A stretch of 64,000 nucleotides of DNA from a virus: the IMG/VR virus record IMGVR_UViG_3300028559_000026, positions 1 through 64,000 of that record; one strand, written 5' to 3'. The translations under genes were made by a program, and so were the position numbers. Each line of letters begins with the position of its first letter. Position 1 is the stretch's first letter. Under the pieces are notes generated by a model. That model searched no databases. It worked only from the letters and a program-made list of their open reading frames with translations, and was not told the origin of the DNA. Below, piece after piece: positions 57,376 through 64,000 of this stretch.

Positions 57376-57540
57376 TTATCGGACGGGCGGTTTGCGTAGT
57401 TCTTCTAGAATTAGATCTGCATCGTCTTGTACGTCTTTAGCAGCTTTCTCAATAACTGGTATCTCTTCTGCTGCATTCTTAGCTCTTTTGCTTTTCAATG
57501 CTGCCCATAAGTCTTTAATAATATCTAATAGAGCACCCAT
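57376..57540 (-). CDS. small helical protein (54 aa, below the ORF-track cutoff)
   Basis: MGALLDIIKDLWAALKSKR...; abuts the lipoprotein stop. Confidence 0.55.
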   Translation of the reverse strand: MGALLDIIKDLWAALKSKRAKNAAEEIPVIEKAAKDVQDDADLILEELRKPPVR

Positions 57541-57843
57541 TTACCATCTCCCACATGCGGTATTGGCAAGTACCAATCGGCCAGCAGCTTCTGCTTCAAG
57601 GTCGATACCAACCTCACCAACTGCTTGTTGCTTTTTAGCTGCCAGAATAGCTGTGATAGCTGCTGTAGCAGTGGTAGAGCAACCACCAGCTTCTTTGCAT
57701 AGACCGTTATTCTTCTTACAGTCCAGTGCAGCTCTATGCACCTTATTCTGCAATCTGTTGACTTGCGAAATGGTACTGACACATCCAGACAGCAATACAC
57801 AAAACACAATAGCTGATAGCAACTTACTGATTAGAGTATTCAT
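57541..57843 (-). CDS. predicted lipoprotein
   Basis: Signal peptide with lipobox LSG-C; AAGGA SD. Confidence 0.7.
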   Translation of the reverse strand: MNTLISKLLSAIVFCVLLSGCVSTISQVNRLQNKVHRAALDCKKNNGLCKEAGGCSTTATAAITAILAAKKQQAVGEVGIDLEAEAAGRLVLANTACGRW

Positions 57844-58573
57844 CGTGGTCCTTTTTAATAAAGGTTACTCGCCCGTCGTCGCCAAAGCCATATCCAGGCA
57901 GGAGCATGACTAATGAACAACGGCAGTATGGATGAAGACCGCTAACGCTAGGTTTATTATCGCCTTTCTTGTGATATCCGTGTTGTAGATCGCTCATTTT
58001 CCAGACAATTGGCTTGCCATCAGGGCGAAGGTGTAATCGACGACATTCTTTGCACATAAACCCATCACGAACAGTGACAAAGTATACTGATGGGTCGTCG
58101 ATGTTCATTGATGAACTAACTTTGACAATGCCGTCCAAAGTACCAGTATTTCGAGCAGTGGTGCTTTCAGTGTCGATAATGCGCTTGACTGCATCAGAAG
58201 TTTTAGCAAAGATTTCCACCAATTGTCCACCTAGCAAGGTATTTGGATTGCCTTCAGGATTGGTCCTAACGAAATTTTCAATCGTTTTGACTACAACAGC
58301 CTTAGCTGTATCCCGTTGTGAATTGATATGATTTTCAGCTATACTCATCACTGAATTTAGCAGTTCTTTATCTGGGGACGTATTGCCCTCGTTTACTGAT
58401 GAGGAAACATACAAATTGGGCAAGGAAAACTGCATACCAACCTGTTTCCTGGTCAGTCTCAGAGAATCGGATTTATCTGCTGGCTTGCCTAAGAACTTAT
58501 CCTTAAGGCGAGAAAACACAGCATCAATACCTTTCTCTATTTTAGAGATTTGGGCTGGTGATAGAACTTTCAT
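57824..58573 (-). CDS. MuF/SPP1 gp7-like head morphogenesis protein
   Basis: RIIDTE, CKEC..L, LHPYCRC; lies between portal and protease. Confidence 0.75.
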   Translation of the reverse strand: MKVLSPAQISKIEKGIDAVFSRLKDKFLGKPADKSDSLRLTRKQVGMQFSLPNLYVSSSVNEGNTSPDKELLNSVMSIAENHINSQRDTAKAVVVKTIENFVRTNPEGNPNTLLGGQLVEIFAKTSDAVKRIIDTESTTARNTGTLDGIVKVSSSMNIDDPSVYFVTVRDGFMCKECRRLHLRPDGKPIVWKMSDLQHGYHKKGDNKPSVSGLHPYCRCSLVMLLPGYGFGDDGRVTFIKKDHDEYSNQ

Positions 58574-60723
58574 AGAGTGTCCAAGGTTTCAGTCACCAGT
58601 TTCTCAAAATCCGTATTTAGACTTTGTATCAGTGACTGAACCATATTTCTTTGTTTAGCCAGCATCTTCTTTTTGGATGGTGGTAATTGTTTTTCACTCT
58701 TAGATAGCAGACCAAGAGCCTGATCAATGGATCGAGTCAAATCGGTTGTCTGCGGCTGCTGGTCGTTTTGTACGGGGTCTTCGTCCCCCGCATTTGTAGC
58801 CTGTGCTGCGCCTTGCGGAGCTTGGTCCCCTGGCTGGCCTTGGGAAGCCTCTGCAGGCTGTGCCTGACCACCCCCTTGGGGTTGCCCTTGCTGCTGTCCT
58901 GGAGCGCCTTGCTGTGCCTGCTGCATTTGTTGCTGCTGCATTTGCTGCTGTGCTTGCATAGCTTGCTGTTGCTGGAAAAAGAATGGATCGCGTACGTAAT
59001 TCCATTTCGGGTCTTTGGAGGCATTAGCCATACCAAAGAAGGTTTCCAAAATAACACCTACAGGCACGTACTTATCCATAATGGCCTGCAACTGCTGATT
59101 TAAGGGGAAGTCGCCGCCGACCATATTAGGCAAGGGCTTCTTTTCCACACGACCCAAGATTTCGTTGTAGGTCATATGGACGGCCATATCTTGCTGGATA
59201 CGGACACTTTCTTTTTCTGCAGTTTCTGCATCCAAACCGACCAGCTTTAGCACACAAATCTTGCTTAGCTCGTAGTCGATAAGGGGCATGATGTCAGTAT
59301 TGAGAAAGTCCTCAAACTGCTTGACTAGGGGACGTATACCTAAGTCACGATGCGCCTCAAGGCGGTACTCGTTATTGCTTTCAGACAGTGCTTGGTTGTT
59401 GGTACCCTTGCTGAGATAGGCCCACCCAGGCAATTCTTCAGGACTCATCTGGAATGCGGACAGAATCGCTCTGGCGTTCATATCTGATAGATACTGAAAC
59501 TCCATATCCCGAGTACCAGAATCAATGGCCTGCCAAGCGACTTCATCTTCACTACCAACACCAAAGACAGGCATTCTCCACGAATTCTGGACAGAGTTAA
59601 TGGATGCCTGAAACTGTTGCTTAATGTGAGACACCATATGTTCGTCGGCATCATCACTCTTAATAACAATCATGCCACGGGTGGCGCGACCAGATTGAAA
59701 ATATAGTTTATTGTGCGACGTGATATTGATGTGTGTCGTCACCTGAGTCAGCATTGTATCCAGTGGGGTAACTGGATATCCATTCATCTCCCAATCCAAA
59801 ACTGGATAGAAATTCTTTACCAATAACTCATCATCAGTGAATGCCTGACGGGGAGTGCCTTCAATAACCTGAATCCACTGATACTCATCATCAACAAAAC
59901 GGTCGGGATTTAGCTTTTCATTACGAACCTGCTCAAGCAAGCTCTTGCTTGATTCACGGATACTTTGTGCTGCGTTACCATGTGGTACACTCTTATAGAT
60001 AGTTCCAGCATCAACTGGTCTAAAACCATAAAATTCCCACTCGCCAGTTTGCTCATCTAGGTTGCGCACTACTTCTACAGCAATACGACCCACAACCAGT
60101 GCGTTTCGGGTAGTCTGATACAGAAATTCATTAAAGGACAGGCGTGCTTCTTTATCCCACCCCTCCTGAATACCACAGTTATTAACCAGCTTAACTGCCT
60201 TACTGATACGCTTCTGGATACCTTCTTTCTCCTCGGTAGTCATATTTTGGAGATGTGACTTGGTGGGCTCAATCACAAAACCTGGACTAAAACGGTCATC
60301 TCGTGGTCTACCAAACACCGACATTTGGTTAGAACGTGCCTGTACAATACAAGCCACCAGCTCATCTTGAATGGAGATACGCTTCAATACGCTGTCAGGC
60401 AGTAGGCGGGTCTTTTGCTTATAAATACCGTGATACTGGTCCCCATTGGTGGGGTCTACTTCAAAAGCCAGCCGCTCGATGGAATTGGATTCACCATCGA
60501 GCTTACGATTAAGTGCTTGTGCTTTGGATAGCTTTACAGTCTTGTCAGTTTCATCCTTAAACATATCCGATTCATCAAGCCTATCAACAAAACTTACCTT
60601 AACGCTTTTAGGCTTAGGTTTTACAGCAGATAGTGTGGTAATGGCCTGCTGAGCTTTGGATAGCTCTGAACGAGTATCATCCAAACTCTTCTTTAAGGTT
60701 TCAAATTCTTTGTTCTTACGCAT
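58570..60723 (-). CDS. Portal protein
   Basis: PVDAGTI, NGYPVTPL, YFQSG...RG, NSWRMPV, DMEFQ, AFQMSPEE, G.RPL; Gln-rich tail. Confidence 0.9.
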   Translation of the reverse strand: MRKNKEFETLKKSLDDTRSELSKAQQAITTLSAVKPKPKSVKVSFVDRLDESDMFKDETDKTVKLSKAQALNRKLDGESNSIERLAFEVDPTNGDQYHGIYKQKTRLLPDSVLKRISIQDELVACIVQARSNQMSVFGRPRDDRFSPGFVIEPTKSHLQNMTTEEKEGIQKRISKAVKLVNNCGIQEGWDKEARLSFNEFLYQTTRNALVVGRIAVEVVRNLDEQTGEWEFYGFRPVDAGTIYKSVPHGNAAQSIRESSKSLLEQVRNEKLNPDRFVDDEYQWIQVIEGTPRQAFTDDELLVKNFYPVLDWEMNGYPVTPLDTMLTQVTTHINITSHNKLYFQSGRATRGMIVIKSDDADEHMVSHIKQQFQASINSVQNSWRMPVFGVGSEDEVAWQAIDSGTRDMEFQYLSDMNARAILSAFQMSPEELPGWAYLSKGTNNQALSESNNEYRLEAHRDLGIRPLVKQFEDFLNTDIMPLIDYELSKICVLKLVGLDAETAEKESVRIQQDMAVHMTYNEILGRVEKKPLPNMVGGDFPLNQQLQAIMDKYVPVGVILETFFGMANASKDPKWNYVRDPFFFQQQQAMQAQQQMQQQQMQQAQQGAPGQQQGQPQGGGQAQPAEASQGQPGDQAPQGAAQATNAGDEDPVQNDQQPQTTDLTRSIDQALGLLSKSEKQLPPSKKKMLAKQRNMVQSLIQSLNTDFEKLVTETLDTL

Positions 60724-61685
60724 TATTCCACACTAATTATTGTGACATTCATAAACTTGGACGACCGATTAGTAACCTCTAAAGACCAAATAGGTCCGCT
60801 CTTACCATACCAGCCAACACCTTCTGTCGATCCAGGATTGAGTGGTGATACACGGTCATTTGTACCACCATTTGCCTTGACAAAAGCGTCCTGATCCACT
60901 TCTACATATACCATCATTTTGGACGATACATAAAACTGGATTCCAGAAATAGTGGGTACACCGACCTGATATGATGGTAGCGGACCGGTCGCCAATACCT
61001 CAAACCATTGACTGGTGGCAGCTACCACTTCATACGCCTGATGTACTGAGGAAGTAAAACCGTTGAGAACGTCTACTGTATCGCCCACAAGCAGGCCGTT
61101 AACCGAGAATGCTTGCAATTGAGTGTTAGCTGCCAGCACTACAACTTCGTCCAGACCCTGATAGGCTTGTTCTGGTGGTCTTTGTAGATACAGAATAGTG
61201 GATGTAACATCTTTACCAATCACAACCCACTGACCAACATTGATTTCGTCAAATACGGTTGCCGTATCGCCAGTAGTCACTCCTGGTATCCACACTATAT
61301 CCGAAACCACTACTGCAGTGAAATCACCTACAGTGGAGGATGTGCAGCTTACTGTACCGTTTGGAATGGTCGCCATTGTAATGGTGTGACCAACACAAGT
61401 AAGTGCCCTATCGGTCCTAAATACTGGATTAGTGCCACCTGTCCAAGTAAACCGATACCGATTCGGGTCGATTGGGCTTAAAGTAAGTGTTAGCTGAGTG
61501 GTGTTATCTAGGGCAAGACTTCGTACACCATTAAACACTACAGTAGTTGCACTAGGCGCTACTTGATAATTAGTGATTTGTGGATTGGTACAAGGGATGT
61601 TTGATGAAGTACGACGCCAATCAAAGAATTTACGATAAGTAGCATCCTGAGACGACAATACGATAGCGACACTGTAATTCGACAT
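60723..61685 (-). CDS. beta-rich putative virion structural protein
   Basis: Thr/Val-rich 320 aa between terminase and portal; AATCT-N8-ATG. Confidence 0.55.
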   Translation of the reverse strand: MSNYSVAIVLSSQDATYRKFFDWRRTSSNIPCTNPQITNYQVAPSATTVVFNGVRSLALDNTTQLTLTLSPIDPNRYRFTWTGGTNPVFRTDRALTCVGHTITMATIPNGTVSCTSSTVGDFTAVVVSDIVWIPGVTTGDTATVFDEINVGQWVVIGKDVTSTILYLQRPPEQAYQGLDEVVVLAANTQLQAFSVNGLLVGDTVDVLNGFTSSVHQAYEVVAATSQWFEVLATGPLPSYQVGVPTISGIQFYVSSKMMVYVEVDQDAFVKANGGTNDRVSPLNPGSTEGVGWYGKSGPIWSLEVTNRSSKFMNVTIISVE

Positions 61686-61693
61686 TACCCTAA

Positions 61694-61698
61694 AGATT
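61694..61698 (-). promoter_or_regulatory. AATCT late-promoter motif (N8)
   Basis: AATCT ttagggta ATG(61685). Confidence 0.55.
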
Positions 61699-61702
61699 CG
61701 TC

Positions 61703-63610
61703 TTACATGGAAAAGAAAAACCTGCCATTGCCTCGCTTTTTCTCTGGTGCGGCGGTGGATATAGGGCCTTCTGGCATAACATATTCCATAACCTGCTGAT
61801 TCCAGATTTGCTGGTTCGTAGGTTTGGATGGTGTATCGTTTAGCTTGGGCGCTTCTTTGCCCACAACAATTTTGGTGTTTTTGGGTGAAAACACGTTCAT
61901 CATTAAATATCTAAAAGCGTCGCACGAGTCATCATCCACCTTAGCTGGTTCTTCTAGCCATCTACCTGCAGCGTCCTGCTTTTTATGGTAGGCTTTCAGC
62001 TTCTTGACTAATGACAATACCCCCTCATCTTTCAGAAAGAAGACCTCTGGCTCACTGAGGGGTGGACGCAGCTTCATACGCACTATCTGGATACCACCAA
62101 TAACGCTATCCGGTCCTTTCTTCCACTTACGCATTCTAAAGCCAGCTCTGTGGAATGATTTGATATTCGACGGATATGCTGGGTCCGGCCATATATTTGG
62201 CGACCATACAAGTTTCTGTTGACATTGCTGGATCTGTTGTGGTAGTTCCAGGCCCGCTACTTCGATCACATCAAAGATAAACGCTCTATTGCCGTCAATA
62301 GCTCCGCTAACTACGCTGAAATTATGGGTGAAACCGAAGTCCATTCCGGCCTCTTGTCGGAGCTTGCGAGTGGCAAAGAGCTTAAGCAGGTCTTCTTTGG
62401 TGAAGTTCACTGGATACTCAGTGCCAGTTATCTTCTCAGCCATCTCTGCAGCAGACAATACATGGATATCGCCATCTAAACGTGGATAGATCAAACCTTC
62501 GGAAGATGGACGCCAACACATTAGCTCAGCTTTGGCCAGATCAGGATCACCCACTAATTTCCTGAATTGTCCTTGTGTGGCAATGACCGGTTTAAGAAGT
62601 TTGCTGGTACCCTTCTGGTCGGCTAGTCGCCCCTTGCATACTGCAAACATACGGCAATTTTGTAGACAGCCCTGGTAGCCATCATTTTTGTCGTAATTCG
62701 ACTGTAGCGCAGGAGTTAGTAGGTTGTAATCGGATTCCGAAATAGCTTTCAGATCGTTATTGGTATAAATCGGCAGCTTGGGTAGTTTGGGTAGATGTCG
62801 ATCTGCAGGGCACTTCTCAGTGACATCAATTACATTCCAATGCCTTACCTGTAGTCCTGACTCTGCAGCCTCATCCAGCTCTCTCTGTACCAGACCAACA
62901 CTGGTCTTTCTGGTTGAGATGTACAAAGTGATTGGTAGCTGGTCCCCAGATGGGTCAGGAATCAACTTGCTTTGCTTATAAGCCTTTTCATTTTGTACGA
63001 CATCTACCTCATCCACCACCATAAAGGTGGAGTGTTTACTGTTCGACCCAGCCATTGTACAAATGGCTATTTCGATTTTGAGATCAATCTTCTCGTATCT
63101 TGCCTGATCCTCTGTGCTGAGCTGTGACCATTCTTTGTAAGTAAGGTTTTCTGTACCTTCACTGTTCTTAAGCTCATATCTTAAGAATTCGACAGTTCGT
63201 TCGTTATCACCTACCTTGAATTGGACAAAGTATGGCTTATCAAAGAATTGCTTGACATACTCCTGGCACTTCTGGGCCTGTTCTTTGATAGCTGCCATAT
63301 GCACAACTGCACGTTTGGCATGCACTATCATCAGAAACTCTATGATTGCTGCAGAAAGCGTCTTAAATGCTGCTCTAGCAGCGTAAAACATAAACGATGA
63401 TGCTTCTTTAAGTGAAGCGTTTAGATAAATTGCAGTATTATAGACCTCCCATATCATATCCATAGGGGAGGCGTTTGAGTCTGGATCGACTAGGGTGTCT
63501 GGGACATCAATATTTAGATATGCCAAAATATAGCTATGCAAGTCATCTTTGTTCTTGCATGGCTTAAAGCGGTGTCTCTTCTTGTACTTATCTATCTCTT
63601 CTGGGGTCAT
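61703..63610 (-). CDS. terL: Terminase large subunit
   Basis: AARAAFKT (Walker A variant), MVVDEVD, ISTR, nuclease GMDFGF...DDSCDAFRY. Confidence 0.85.
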   Translation of the reverse strand: MTPEEIDKYKKRHRFKPCKNKDDLHSYILAYLNIDVPDTLVDPDSNASPMDMIWEVYNTAIYLNASLKEASSFMFYAARAAFKTLSAAIIEFLMIVHAKRAVVHMAAIKEQAQKCQEYVKQFFDKPYFVQFKVGDNERTVEFLRYELKNSEGTENLTYKEWSQLSTEDQARYEKIDLKIEIAICTMAGSNSKHSTFMVVDEVDVVQNEKAYKQSKLIPDPSGDQLPITLYISTRKTSVGLVQRELDEAAESGLQVRHWNVIDVTEKCPADRHLPKLPKLPIYTNNDLKAISESDYNLLTPALQSNYDKNDGYQGCLQNCRMFAVCKGRLADQKGTSKLLKPVIATQGQFRKLVGDPDLAKAELMCWRPSSEGLIYPRLDGDIHVLSAAEMAEKITGTEYPVNFTKEDLLKLFATRKLRQEAGMDFGFTHNFSVVSGAIDGNRAFIFDVIEVAGLELPQQIQQCQQKLVWSPNIWPDPAYPSNIKSFHRAGFRMRKWKKGPDSVIGGIQIVRMKLRPPLSEPEVFFLKDEGVLSLVKKLKAYHKKQDAAGRWLEEPAKVDDDSCDAFRYLMMNVFSPKNTKIVVGKEAPKLNDTPSKPTNQQIWNQQVMEYVMPEGPISTAAPEKKRGNGRFFFSM

Positions 63611-64000
63611 GATTTACCAGCTAAAAGTGCTAATACCTTGCTATCATCAGTTATTTCTTCCACATAAGCCTGTACCGTGTCTGGATTGCCAAGGTTTGAA
63701 GTTTCTGGCTTATTAGGTGCCTTACCAGACATCATTTGATAAATTGCTACCAGTGCTTGATAGTCTCGGACCTTTTCCATAGGAAACGGCAAATCACTTT
63801 CCATCTTGGTTTCTAAGTATTTCCTAGCCTTTTGGCCCAAGAAGTGATTTGACGCTGATAATACGTCTATCGCTGTTCTAGCCGTCTCCATTCCTGCTAG
63901 AACCAACTGGTCAATCATTGAATCGCGAAGTCTTTGTCTATATTGCTTGACACCCACATCCCATAGATCCACCACTCTGGCATGTACAATCTGGCCTAGT
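63607..64000 (-). CDS. probable terminase small subunit (partial, start beyond window)
   Basis: Helical ORF overlapping the terL start by 4 nt; call is positional. Confidence 0.5.
   Translation of the reverse strand, partial: LGQIVHARVVDLWDVGVKQYRQRLRDSMIDQLVLAGMETARTAIDVLSASNHFLGQKARKYLETKMESDLPFPMEKVRDYQALVAIYQMMSGKAPNKPETSNLGNPDTVQAYVEEITDDSKVLALLAGKS

Noticed and set aside
394-63000. Many short ORF-track entries antisense to or nested in long structural genes (e.g. 7909..8463, 28168..28605, 29635..30165, 57392..57913)
   Set aside because: Shadow ORFs with no motifs or initiation signals, overlapping better-supported genes
1-64000. Stop-codon reassignment
   Set aside because: Core genes are full length under the standard code, and TAA, TAG and TGA all end real genes
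1-64000. CRISPR array, tRNA, rRNA or large ncRNA
   Set aside because: No regularly spaced repeats or cloverleaf/rRNA signatures seen by eye, and intergenic space is minimal; a covariance search was not possible

Overview
64 kb slice of a large contractile-tailed (myovirus-type) phage genome, standard genetic code. The minus strand carries a near-complete virion morphogenesis set, read right to left: terminase small (partial) and large subunits, portal, MuF-like head protein, prohead protease, scaffold, major capsid protein, neck proteins, tail sheath and tube, tail chaperones, tape measure, hub, spike, a tube-initiator/LysM/gp25-like fusion and a baseplate J-like protein (partial). Short plus-strand genes (MoxR AAA/VWA, HD hydrolase, DUF5664-type diphosphohydrolase, dUTPase, dCMP deaminase, hypotheticals) are interleaved, several behind sigma70-like promoters. 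Main observations: (1) the prohead protease is fused to an HhH-GPD glycosylase-like domain split by two inteins 10 residues apart, and the second intein carries a Vsr/DUF559-like endonuclease in a different reading frame with its own Shine-Dalgarno, giving about 950 nt of same-strand dual coding; (2) head-region enzymes (three GNAT repeats, Nudix, three PI3/PI4K-like kinases, GGDEF, a degenerate mCpol-like domain, a pseudo-glycosylase) are punctuated by [LVM]xK[SAN](E) motifs like the one at the capsid N-terminus, suggesting protease-processed injected cargo; (3) an AATCT-N7-start motif precedes 13 genes, consistent with a late promoter making leaderless mRNAs; (4) a 47-nt diverged copy of the protease gene sits inside an unrelated gene. 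All annotations come from motif recognition by eye; no searches were run. No tRNA, rRNA or CRISPR array was seen.
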